A DNA stretch of 64,000 bases from an uncultured Methanomicrobiales archaeon. GTDB lineage: Archaea > Halobacteriota > Methanomicrobia > Methanomicrobiales > Methanospirillaceae. The notes beneath the pieces are model-generated. The model searched no databases. It saw only the letters and a list, made by a program, of their open reading frames with translations, and was not told the origin of the DNA. The stretch is taken from assembly GCA_963697895.1 (NCBI GenBank), contig OY969100.1, positions 1,984,001 to 2,048,000 of the forward strand. The letters run 5' to 3'. The translations under genes were made by a program, and so were the position numbers. The stretch's first letter is position 1. Every line of letters begins with the position of its first letter. This document shows positions 31,506 through 41,189 of this stretch, one piece after another.

Positions 31506-32336
31506 TCAGATTGCCACAATCGCAATTGCGACCAGTCCGACCAGAGCAGATGCAGTTGCAGATGCAATGACTGCCCGTGGCCAGCGCTTGAACTTGGGGT
31601 CGTGCGGTCCTTCGATCGTGCCGGTTATGTTATAAGCTGCAAGGACTGCGTTCACGAGGAAGAGTCCGATGGCGAATATACCGGCGAGTGTCACTGCAAT
31701 GGGCATGACCTGGGTGGCCGTTGCATTCAATACTCCCGGCAAGGATCCTGAGTACACGTCGAGCAGCATGATGTAGATGAGCGTCCCACCGGCACCGCCG
31801 AAGAGACCCCCGGTCACACCGCCGACATAGGATACGAACGGTAATCCATGTCCTTCAGTCCCCTGGGACTTATATTCCGGCTGGGAGTCCCCGGTTATCG
31901 GGTCCTTCTTTACCTTTCCGGATGCAGCAGGAATGCCCATCCCATACACATAGATGAAATTGACAAACAGGCAGGTGATCGCCATCATCAGTCCGCCGCC
32001 AACCGCTCCGGTGACAAAGGCAATAAGAAGCCCCTGCGGGGCAGCGAGCGCCCCTCCAAAGAGCCCTGCGAGCCCAGCACCGGCAGCGAGCATCGCGACA
32101 CCGGTTGCGATACCGGGTGCCTGGCCCATTGCAGCAGGTGCTCCTCCTACTGGGACGAACATCACACCGAATCCGATGAGAATTCCACCGATGGTAATCC
32201 CAATCAATGCGATAAAAGAGAGCGGGATCATCACATACATGATTCCGAGGAGAATTACAAGGATCACGAGTGCAATGACGGATGCAACGGGATCCATGCC
32301 TGCCCCGCCTGATGGTTTCGCTCCGACAGCGCTCAT
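31506..32336 (-). CDS. mtrD: Mtr subunit D
   Basis: FVPVGGAPAAM, DPITGD, GTEGHGLP, GTIEGPHDPKFK. Confidence 0.96.
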   Translation of the reverse strand: MSAVGAKPSGGAGMDPVASVIALVILVILLGIMYVMIPLSFIALIGITIGGILIGFGVMFVPVGGAPAAMGQAPGIATGVAMLAAGAGLAGLFGGALAAPQGLLIAFVTGAVGGGLMMAITCLFVNFIYVYGMGIPAASGKVKKDPITGDSQPEYKSQGTEGHGLPFVSYVGGVTGGLFGGAGGTLIYIMLLDVYSGSLPGVLNATATQVMPIAVTLAGIFAIGLFLVNAVLAAYNITGTIEGPHDPKFKRWPRAVIASATASALVGLVAIAIVAI

Positions 32337-33235
32337 GAAGACGCCTCCTCCGGCTTGGTGTACGGGCCGAAGTTCTTCCGAGCCCAGACCTCAATGTACC
32401 GGTCGATGATCATGAATATCAGAATGAGAATAATTCCAACAATGATTGCTCCCCATCCGGCACCGGTACTTTCGAAGATGACCGATCGCCAGAGTTCCAG
32501 GAAGACGATGAGACCGAAGCAGACTCCGGATGCAGGTCCACCCAGCTTAGCGCTGAACCAACCGTTGTCAAGTGAATTTCTCTCGCCAGCTTCTGCATAT
32601 CGTACGATGTTTCCTGATGCGGAGATTGGTACGCCTGCTCCGAAATTCTGCGTCTGGTACTGACGCTCCTTCCCATAGAAGGGGTTTCCGACCGCAGAAC
32701 CAGCTGCACCGAGTGCAATACCCCATACAAGACCAAGCAGGGGCAGCGGGAACGGATGTCCCAATGCAGCGTTCATCAGGTAACAGAGTGTTACCGTTGT
32801 AAATATCGCCACGAATGCATGTGCCATCGTGACGGTCGTCATGGACTTGAGAATATCGACGAACACTGGTTGTCCGAACTTGGCGAGACTCGCTGTCCTC
32901 CCGAGATATGCGGTTGTCGCGTAGACACCTTGTACAAAGGTGGCAAGCGCACATCCGAGGGCGATAGCAAGGATCGCGTTAATCTGCATTGCCATGAATG
33001 CCCAAGCAATTCCCGCCCCGAGTGCGATCCAGAGACCCCACGCCGGCGGTTCACCTGCAATTGCCTTATTGAAAATGCGGTGAACATAGCCCATCTGCGG
33101 AGCGAGCTGAACCTGCGAATTCGGGTCTCCCTGAGATCCGATATCTGATTCAACATCTTCCGCAGCACCGGCTACCGTGGCAAGAGCACCTGCCAATGCA
33201 GTAATTCCAATGCCAAATACAATGTTTTCCACCAT
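32333..33235 (-). CDS. mtrE: Mtr subunit E
   Basis: EDVESDIGSQGDPNSQVQLAPQMG..HRIFNKAIAGEP. Confidence 0.97.
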   Translation of the reverse strand: MVENIVFGIGITALAGALATVAGAAEDVESDIGSQGDPNSQVQLAPQMGYVHRIFNKAIAGEPPAWGLWIALGAGIAWAFMAMQINAILAIALGCALATFVQGVYATTAYLGRTASLAKFGQPVFVDILKSMTTVTMAHAFVAIFTTVTLCYLMNAALGHPFPLPLLGLVWGIALGAAGSAVGNPFYGKERQYQTQNFGAGVPISASGNIVRYAEAGERNSLDNGWFSAKLGGPASGVCFGLIVFLELWRSVIFESTGAGWGAIIVGIILILIFMIIDRYIEVWARKNFGPYTKPEEASS

Positions 33236-33523
33236 TTAGCCTCCTCCCTGCGTGCTGAATTGTGCACGAGAGTGTTCATATTGCAGTGCCACTCACATCG
33301 AGTACAAACCCTTTGTGGTCTTGTAACAGTTGATTATAAACGAGTTAAAGGTTTCGAAAAGATTTGTTTATAACGCTTTTTAATATGCGCAAATCATAAA
33401 AACGACGTTTTTACGCCGTTTTTCTTGACAGATAACATTTCGTTAAAGCAAAAAAAATTGTCCTCTTGGATTCTCCAGTTTTACTTTTCTTTGACGAAAA
33501 AAAAACTATCAGATTGAGGGATG

Positions 33524-34411
33524 TCACGCAGTGACACCCAGAAACATCCGGATACTAACACCGATAAGGAAGGATACTGCCGCAATACCGAGACTTAATC
33601 CTGCCATCTCCGTGAACCGCTTCCGGAAATTGAGATCCTGTGCCACAGACATGTACCAGGTGAAAAGAACGATAATGATCACCGCTCCGACAAGAGTGAC
33701 GGGCAGTGCCACAAAAGGACTTTGAAAGATGAGAAACGGTGCGATAAGCGCAATGACAGTCACGAAATATGCAATTCCCGTATAAAGTGATGCGGTAAAA
33801 GGATTGTTTCTTGTCCCTTCAGATTTTCGGGACAGATATTCAGCTGCTGCCATGGAGAGTGATGCGGCAACGCCCATAATCAGTCCAACTACTGCGATGA
33901 GGCGCGAATCCTGCAGTGCAAAGGTTAAACCTGCGAGGGTGCCGGTGAATTCGACTAGAGCATCGTTGAACCCGAGGACTACCGATCCGATATAACGGAG
34001 TTTTTGTTCATCAATCAAAGCAATAATCTGCTCTTCGTGATGCTGTTCCCGGGCACGGATCTGTTCTGCTTCCGGAAGGGTGGCTGCCAGAACCCCGTAC
34101 ATCTTCGTTGCCTCCCCCCCGGCCCGCTCCATCAGTTTAATGCCAAAGGTAAGGCCTAAGATCCGCGTGAGGAGATAATAAAACCAGAATTTAAAAGTGT
34201 CTGGCGGAATGGTCTCTCCTGTATAGTGTTGCCAGATATCGGCATGTTCCCGTTCTTCCTGTGCCAGCTGAATGAGAATATTGTGATTATACGGATCTTT
34301 TACCACAGACGAAAGTGCAAGATAGATATTATACTCTGTTATCTCTTCCCGTTGAAGATTTCTGACCAATATTAGCAGATCACTGTTCAGGGGAGCATCT
34401 GGCATGGGCAT
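33524..34411 (-). CDS. Rubrerythrin/ferritin-like domain fused to VIT1/CCC1 transporter (MbfA-like)
   Basis: E..EY..Y, EEREH, EQHHE ferritin-like ligands; VLGFNDALVE, SLSMAAAEYLS VIT1 motifs. Confidence 0.88.
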   Translation of the reverse strand: MPMPDAPLNSDLLILVRNLQREEITEYNIYLALSSVVKDPYNHNILIQLAQEEREHADIWQHYTGETIPPDTFKFWFYYLLTRILGLTFGIKLMERAGGEATKMYGVLAATLPEAEQIRAREQHHEEQIIALIDEQKLRYIGSVVLGFNDALVEFTGTLAGLTFALQDSRLIAVVGLIMGVAASLSMAAAEYLSRKSEGTRNNPFTASLYTGIAYFVTVIALIAPFLIFQSPFVALPVTLVGAVIIIVLFTWYMSVAQDLNFRKRFTEMAGLSLGIAAVSFLIGVSIRMFLGVTA

Positions 34412-34538
34412 TCGGATTCTCTGTCGGTTATACGGATCCTTAATGATTATTATATGTTACGTGGGATAATGCAGATGTACACCAAAAAAATGGGGCGATT
34501 TAAGACCTTAATAATGATCATTGACGATAAATTTTGTA

Positions 34539-35391
34539 GGGTATAGTACCATTTTAGCCACCACCTCGTAACTACTACGAGGTAACAATGGTCAGGATCC
34601 AATGCCCACGATGCCAATGCGAAAAGCTGTATAAATTGGGTAGTGGTAAGAGAAGATGTTCTCAATGCCGGTACGACTTTAAACCTCATAGATTGCCGCT
34701 ATACCTCACTCGCGAACAATGGAAAGAGATCATCACCTGGTTCCTCCTCGAACAGAGCAGCCAGAGCATAGCTGATAGAACTGGGATTGAACGTAAAAGG
34801 GTTCTCAGGGCTCTAAGCGTGATACGAAGCGCTCTGATGAAGGATGTCCCGGAAATCTTTTCTGGAACGGTTGAAGTTGATGAAACATACCTGGGAGGGC
34901 AGTGGAAAAATAAACGTAAATTCATCCGAGATCACGGGAGCAAGCGAGGAAGAGGAACAACGAAACAACCTATCTTCGGAATTCTTTGTAGAAATGGATT
35001 GGTTTGGGCAGAGATTGTCAATAATGTCGAAGCTGAGACCCTCCTGCCGCTAATTTCCAGCAAGGTGAAGAAGGGATCGATTGTTTGTTCAGATACGTGG
35101 AGAGCATATACAGGAATCGCATCGCGAGGATTTGTTCATCGGCTTGTAAATCATGGAGAACGGCAATATAGTGATGGAAGGGGTAGTCACATCAATGGGT
35201 TAGAGGGATTCTGGGGTTATCTTAAACGTAAGTTGGCGGCCAAAGGAGGAATCAGGAGGGAAAAATTATACCTATATTTAGGTGAATATGTCTGGAGATA
35301 TAATCATAGAAAATATACCGATAAAATGAAATTGAAGCGCATACTTGAACTATTAGAGGAAGAGGTTAGTGGCTAGTTTGTCACTATACCC
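34539..35391 (+). mobile_element. IS1595-family insertion sequence, 853 bp, intact
   Basis: Imperfect TIRs GGGTATAGTaccatttTAGCCAC / GGGTATAGTgacaaacTAGCCAC; identical 8-bp TSD ATTTTGTA at 34531-34538 and 35392-35399. Confidence 0.93.
34588..35376 (+). CDS. IS1595 (ISXO2-like) DDE transposase
   Basis: CPRC..CSQC zinc finger, HTH, VEVDETYLGG, SDTWRAY, HINGLEGFWGYLKR, YLGEYVWRYN. Confidence 0.93.
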   Translation: MVRIQCPRCQCEKLYKLGSGKRRCSQCRYDFKPHRLPLYLTREQWKEIITWFLLEQSSQSIADRTGIERKRVLRALSVIRSALMKDVPEIFSGTVEVDETYLGGQWKNKRKFIRDHGSKRGRGTTKQPIFGILCRNGLVWAEIVNNVEAETLLPLISSKVKKGSIVCSDTWRAYTGIASRGFVHRLVNHGERQYSDGRGSHINGLEGFWGYLKRKLAAKGGIRREKLYLYLGEYVWRYNHRKYTDKMKLKRILELLEEEVSG

Positions 35392-35459
35392 ATTTTGTAT
35401 TTCATCTAATTTCCAACTACCCAGGGAATGGAAGTCCGTTTATCGCCGTACGCCGGGTA

Positions 35460-36677
35460 TTAACCAAAGTCACGATGTACAGGGGGAAGAAGTTGCTGAA
35501 CATATTCCGAGACCCAGCGGAGAGGCAGGTGGAGTTCGGTTGCGATGCGCTTGAGATCATCGTATTCAGGTTTTACACTGATGATCTTTCCTTCCAGCGT
35601 GGAAGTCTTTACCCGAATATTATACCTGCGGCCACCCACCTGAACCGTTACGGTTGTCTTAGAACGGTCCGCGACCACCCGGGGAATATCCATCACCCGG
35701 ACACCAAGAGTTCCGGTCTCTTCCATGAGGATTGTCAGGAGTACGGGGTATTTTATCCGGTCTGTAATGATATGGAGTATCTGAACGGGACGATTCTTTT
35801 TCCCGTTTGCCTGGGTGACATAGGCATCGACTGCCCCCGCTTCACGGAGTAGCTCAAGAGTATAACCAATCGTCTCTCCATTGATATCATCAAGATTCGT
35901 CTCCAGCATGATGATATGATCCGGGATTACATGCATATTGGTACCTTCCACAACCCGGAGAACCGCCGGTCTCCCCTGAACCTGTCCTGAACCAGCACCA
36001 TAGCCGACCCGGGCCGGAGTCAACGGCGGATAGACATCAACCCACCTGTCTGCAATATTGGCAAGGACAGCGATACCGGTTGGAGTAGTCAGTTCATCGT
36101 CAGAAGGAAGGGTCGCGAATGGGACGTGATGCCGGGAAAGGAGTTCCAGAGTTACTGGTGCCGGGCCGGGAATTTCACCGGTCATGATCCGTGTTAGTCC
36201 GGACCCCAGTGCGGGAGGAGTGGCGAAGATCTCTCCCTGAAGTAGGCCCGCCTTATCGAGGAGAAGGAGGGAACCAATGATATGGAAGAGGATATCCACC
36301 GATCCGGTTTCGTGATTATATCCGTCGGGATGGACTTTTCCAGCGGCACCTATCAGGTCATCGAGCACTTCCCCCGCAAACTTGCCTGCCTGGGGAGAAA
36401 GTCCGAGGTCACAGTTCAGATCAGCAGCCGTACTTTTGAGATCCCCCGAAATTCGATTATTCTGTTTCTCGCCGGAGACGGCAATTTTTTTGGCCATTAT
36501 TCCCCCTGCGTCGACCTCTCGAAGTTCGAACGAGAATTTGCCGGAGCGAACTGAACCATCGAGTAGATCCGCCAGCTGCTGCAAGAGGTCCGTGGAACCG
36601 GTAAGGTCCGCGAGGGCTGCCAGGAACATATCACCGGTTATCCCGGCGATTTTCGGGTCAATTACCAGGATGTTCAT
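35460..36677 (-). CDS. larC: LarC-family nickel insertion protein (divergent)
   Basis: AGITGDMFLAAL, PAPVT, ELTTPTG, GYGAG, LETNLDD, KKNRP, ETGTLGVR, KPEYDD. Confidence 0.88.
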   Translation of the reverse strand: MNILVIDPKIAGITGDMFLAALADLTGSTDLLQQLADLLDGSVRSGKFSFELREVDAGGIMAKKIAVSGEKQNNRISGDLKSTAADLNCDLGLSPQAGKFAGEVLDDLIGAAGKVHPDGYNHETGSVDILFHIIGSLLLLDKAGLLQGEIFATPPALGSGLTRIMTGEIPGPAPVTLELLSRHHVPFATLPSDDELTTPTGIAVLANIADRWVDVYPPLTPARVGYGAGSGQVQGRPAVLRVVEGTNMHVIPDHIIMLETNLDDINGETIGYTLELLREAGAVDAYVTQANGKKNRPVQILHIITDRIKYPVLLTILMEETGTLGVRVMDIPRVVADRSKTTVTVQVGGRRYNIRVKTSTLEGKIISVKPEYDDLKRIATELHLPLRWVSEYVQQLLPPVHRDFG

Positions 36678-36692
36678 AAAGGTAAGATGATT

Positions 36693-38535
36693 TTAAGCAC
36701 CGGACGATCTACTGAGGCGTGTGTAGATCTTCTGTGCAAGTCGAGCAACATCGAATGCACGTTCACGGCCCCCGGGAATTGCCTTAGTGAGGTATGCACC
36801 TGTCTCTGCGCCCTTTGCTGCAGCTTTCTCATCCATGCCAAGCAGGGTGGCGACCGCTGCAGGTACGGTGATATTGATGATAGTATGACCAATATATTGC
36901 AGTTCCTGCGTAAGTACCGCCCCGACAAAGAGTGCTGTGCCCATATCCGGGTTATCACGTCCTTTTCCTTCGATAACAAATTCTGGTACCGCTTTGGCAG
37001 AAAGATTATCAATATGATACGGTTTTCCGTCGATCGTGATATCATATGCGACGTATGAATCAAATGCCCAGTACTTTTTCGTAAAGGAATCGGTGCGTCG
37101 TCCCTGCGGCCTGATTTCAGTAAACTTAAGGGCAATTTTCCGTCCGGTAAATCCAGAAAGGACCACAGAGCCTCTGGTCTCGACAAAGGCTTTCCGTTCC
37201 TCATCAAGTGTCTTCGCCGTCTCTTCAACCGATTTTCCGGCCTTTATCATCTCATAAGCCGTTACTGCCCGGCGATAGATTGCCCGATCCCGTACATCTT
37301 CGCTTGCGAGAATGCAGGCCTGCGTAACCGAACCACGGGAAACCATCTCGGCCTTTCGTGCGATGGTATTGAGGGAACACAATGCCATCTCGGGATCAAT
37401 GAAAGAATTTCAGCTTATACTCGCGAATGGCATCAGCAACCGGGTAGAGATCGCCCCTGTTTTTTATAAGCAACCGTATCGCGGGCATGGTATCTCCGCA
37501 GACATGACCGAGTGGAGGGTTGACCGGCCCCCCAGAGAATCCTGCCCCGATGATCGCGGATTCTTCAAATCCCGCAAAGATTTCTTCGAGCGCCATGGAA
37601 GCAATGACTGAAGGACCGCCGATGTCCTTCAGGATGAGGCCGAAGTCACCGACGACCCGTGCGGTATCATACTCCTCGTGGGTACCCCTGACGTGAATTT
37701 TTACGGGAAGCCCTGCTGCCTCTATGGCACCTTTTCCAGCCAGATATGCAGTATCAACTTCTCCAAAAGCACCGAATTCCTCACCGAGCGCTGCATCCGG
37801 GTGAACCATCTCAAGGGATACCGCTGCACCGATAAGGGCAGGCCAGAGGGGGTATGCCGTGATTCCTGCACCATGCATACTCCTGATCATTGCATCGGTT
37901 CCCACTTTTGCGGCATTTCGGGCGAGCTCGGGGATATTATAGTCCTCTCCCAGTGCGCTGTGGCCATAAATTGCTCCACCGGCAATGAACGGCGGAAGCA
38001 CGGAACCATCGACCCGGGTCAGTTTTTTGTCCATTAACTCGGTATAGACCGCGAGATATGCCGGAAATGCCGGTATTTTATGAGTGAACTTCCCGGTTGT
38101 CAGGGCGATGGCACTCGTCCGGGGTGCACCGGCATGCATGCGGGCAATCGCTCCCAGCTTTCTATTCCCGAGCGGTACACCCGATCGGGCACAGCTTCCG
38201 GTAAAATACGCCAGAGAAGCCACGATCAGGGCTGCATTTTCCGGGGCCGCCCCTGCATTCATGCTCTGCCGGATCGCCTTTTCCATCACCATATCGAGCG
38301 GCAGGCTTGCGGCTGCAGCATCGACCAGGGTCATCCGAGATAAAAGTTCCATATCGGGCGACGCGAAGCCACAGAATACATCCTCAGCGAGCGAGTTTGC
38401 CGCACAATAGACAGGGATCACGAGGGAACCGTGTCCGCGTGTGGCGGCCTCCAGCTTATCATTCGTCATGTAGTCAGGTTTGAAGGTCGCTGCAGCATGG
38501 GTTGCAAGTATTATCTTTTCCCGTTCGTTTTCCAT
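36693..38535 (-). pseudogene. Unknown ~613-aa protein split by a single +1 frameshift (ORFs 38535-37396 and 37388-36693)
   Basis: Removing one base in the T run at 37408-37410 joins ...EYKL to NSFIDPEMALCSL...; 1842 nt = 613 aa plus stop; ends 15 bp before larC. Confidence 0.7.
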
Positions 38536-38829
38536 AATCCGTCACACCGGTTCTTTTATCCGTGGTTAGTTGGTTCTGTATCAGATAAAATATGGGGTCC
38601 GGAGAAATGTTCCAACAAAATGGTCAGGGAAACTGCATCAGAGCTGTATTCCCTGATTTAGATTTTCCTGGCGAAGCCGTCCCGATTGGGGCCTGAAGTA
38701 ATGAAAACCCATACTGGTCAGGTCATACTTCCGGAATTCGAAGACTCCTCAATGCTCACCAGACCCTCTGCTCGCATCGGAAGTCATTCATAGAAGAGGG
38801 TCGTAATATTCAGTTAAGGGGGAATTGCT

Positions 38830-39255
38830 GTGCAGGAAGAAGGAGACCATCTGGAAATAGTGCGGCCCCGGGGCAGGCCGCGTGTACGCCGGAAGATTGA
38901 ACCGGAAGGTCCGGTCCGCTGCTACGCCCCCCAGTGTAATGTTCGGGGAAAGGAGGAAGTGGTGGTGCTCCTTCCCGAAGAGCTCGAACTCCTGAAACTG
39001 GTCGATCTTCAGGGGCTCGAGCAGGAGGAAGCAGCAACATCCATCGGGGTTTCACGGCGTACTGTCTGGCGGGATCTGCACGAAGCCCGCCGAAAAGTGG
39101 CAGACGCCCTGGTCCATGGAAAAGAGATCGAAATCTCAGGGTGTACTCTGAGATCAGAGGGCCGGTGTCCCCGGTTGGCTGATGGCCTCTGCCCGAAAGA
39201 AGAGGGCGTTACCTGCCCTAAACGCTGGCAGCGAGGCAATCAATCCAGAGACTGA
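38830..39255 (+). CDS. DUF134 family HTH protein with Cys-containing tail
   Basis: RGRPR, EELELLKLVDLQGLEQEEAA..GVSRRTVWRDLHEARRKVADALVHGKEIEI. Confidence 0.9.
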   Translation: MQEEGDHLEIVRPRGRPRVRRKIEPEGPVRCYAPQCNVRGKEEVVVLLPEELELLKLVDLQGLEQEEAATSIGVSRRTVWRDLHEARRKVADALVHGKEIEISGCTLRSEGRCPRLADGLCPKEEGVTCPKRWQRGNQSRD

Positions 39256-39334
39256 TCAATCCCATCCGATAGCTCTTCCACCGCATTTCTTTTCCGTGAA
39301 TCGTTTGAAGCGCACGATCTGACTTTGCACTAAC

Positions 39335-39360
39335 TTTAAATATTTATCCTCATAAGTGTA
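39335..39360 (+). promoter_or_regulatory. TATA box (TTTAAATA) plus degenerate operator copy TTATCCTCATAAGTGTA
   Basis: 13/17 match to the box at 42492-42508, in the same position relative to TATA. Confidence 0.5.
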
Positions 39361-39389
39361 ATTATCCCTGAGTATATCGAGGACTTTTC

Positions 39390-39530
39390 ATGCCGAACTA
39401 TGACGGATTCGAAGCCCTGGTACAGGGGTGTGCGATCGGACAGGAATGGGGCTGCAGACAGTCATGCAGGGGATTTTGCCCGCCTGCACACCATGAAAAG
39501 GAAAACCAGCTCCGGAAAGGCAGTCTATAG
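39390..39530 (+). CDS. 46-aa Cys-rich DUF5320-like mini-ORF or remnant upstream of atwA
   Basis: MPNYDGFEALVQGCAIGQEWGCR aligns ungapped with MPGLNGTGPLGQGQITGRGFG (8/21 identical); GAGGA SD. Confidence 0.5.
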   Translation: MPNYDGFEALVQGCAIGQEWGCRQSCRGFCPPAHHEKENQLRKGSL

Positions 39531-39560
39531 GGTAATTACACCCACGGGAGCGATGAAGGA

Positions 39561-41189
39561 ATGACTTCACCACTGATAACTATTAAAAACCTTTGCATAG
39601 AGTTCGACGGAAAGAACGTCCTCAAAAACCTGTCCTTTGAGATCCTGGAAGGAGAGATCGTCGGGATCATCGGCAGGAGCGGTGCGGGTAAGAGCGTGCT
39701 CATGCATCTGCTGCGGGGTGTTGAGCAGCCCCCGAGTGCGGGTTCCATCGTCTATCATGTCGCCCTGTGCGACACCTGTTACTATACGGATGTGCAGAGC
39801 AGGACGGGGGGGAAATGTCCGCAATGTGAAGGCAAGCTCGTTGGAAAGGATGTGGACCTCTGGAACGAGAAGAGCGACCTCCTGAGATCAAGGGTTATGC
39901 ACCGGACCGCCATCATGTTCCAGCGGACATTCGCGCTCTATGGAAACGACCGGGTGATCGAAAACGTCCTGCACGCCCTTGATGATGTCGGATATCCTCC
40001 CGAGAACGCGATCAACCGGGCGGCAGACCTCCTCGAACAGGTTCGTCTGGGCCACCGGATGATGCATATCGCCCGGGACCTGTCTGGGGGTGAAAAACAG
40101 CGTGTGGTGCTGGCCCGCCAGCTGGCAAAAAACCCCGTCATCCTCTTCGCCGATGAACCGACGGGTACCCTGGATCCGAGAACCGCACGACTGGTTCATG
40201 AGATGCTGGTCGAGGCCTCACAAAACAATCAGATGGGCATGGTGATCACCTCCCACTTCTCCGGTGTGATCGAGGATGTCGCCCATCGTGCATTGCTCCT
40301 TGATAACGGGGAGATCTCGATGGAGGGGCCTCCCCAGGAGGTCATATCTTCTTTCCTGGCTCAGCTCCAGGATGGTGAAATTATTGACCGGTGTGCCCTG
40401 GGTGAACGGATCCTGTCGGCACGGGATGTGGCAAAGAAGTATATAACAGTGGATCGCGGGGTAGTCAAGGCGGTCAACGGTGTCAGCTTCGAGGTTGCTG
40501 AACACGAGATATTTGGTATTATCGGGACGAGCGGTGCCGGCAAAACCACGCTCTCCCGGATGATTGCAGGGATTATCGAACCGACAACCGGAGAGTTGAA
40601 TATGCGGATCGGGGAAGACTGGGTGGATATGACCACGCCGGGGATCAATTCCCGCGGGCGGGCGAAGGGATACATCGGCCTCCTCCACCAGGAATATGAC
40701 CTCTTTCCCCACCGTACGGTCCTCGATAACCTGACGGATGCTATCGGGCTCGAGTTTCCAAAGGAGCTCGCGATGCACAAGGCGAAGATCAGTCTGCGGA
40801 TGGCAGGGTTCCCGGATCTCTTCCTCGACGGGATTCTTCAGCGTTTCCCATCGGAACTCTCCGAAGGGGAACGGCACCGGGTGGCCCTCGCCCAGGTGCT
40901 GATCAGGGAACCACGGCTGGTAATCCTCGACGAACCGACTGGTACGATGGATCCGATCACCAAGGTCGATGTGAAACAGTCCATCCTTCATGCACGCCAT
41001 GAAATGGAGGAGACATTCATCGTGGTCTCCCACGACATCGACTTTGTCCGGGACATCTGCGACCGCGTTGCACTCATGCGGGGAGGAAAGATCATCCATA
41101 TCGGGCCGACCATGGAGGTACTCGACATTCTTACCCGTGAAGAGCGTGAAATGATGGCCGAACGTACGGCATCTGTCACGGAGACCTGA
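39561..41189 (+). CDS. atwA: Methyl-coenzyme M reductase system component A2 (dual ABC ATPase)
   Basis: GRSGAGKS, CxxC..CPQC insert, AIMFQRTFALY, HRMMHIARDLSGGEKQR, DRGVVKAV, LHQEYDL, EPTGTMDPITK. Confidence 0.93.
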   Translation: MTSPLITIKNLCIEFDGKNVLKNLSFEILEGEIVGIIGRSGAGKSVLMHLLRGVEQPPSAGSIVYHVALCDTCYYTDVQSRTGGKCPQCEGKLVGKDVDLWNEKSDLLRSRVMHRTAIMFQRTFALYGNDRVIENVLHALDDVGYPPENAINRAADLLEQVRLGHRMMHIARDLSGGEKQRVVLARQLAKNPVILFADEPTGTLDPRTARLVHEMLVEASQNNQMGMVITSHFSGVIEDVAHRALLLDNGEISMEGPPQEVISSFLAQLQDGEIIDRCALGERILSARDVAKKYITVDRGVVKAVNGVSFEVAEHEIFGIIGTSGAGKTTLSRMIAGIIEPTTGELNMRIGEDWVDMTTPGINSRGRAKGYIGLLHQEYDLFPHRTVLDNLTDAIGLEFPKELAMHKAKISLRMAGFPDLFLDGILQRFPSELSEGERHRVALAQVLIREPRLVILDEPTGTMDPITKVDVKQSILHARHEMEETFIVVSHDIDFVRDICDRVALMRGGKIIHIGPTMEVLDILTREEREMMAERTASVTET

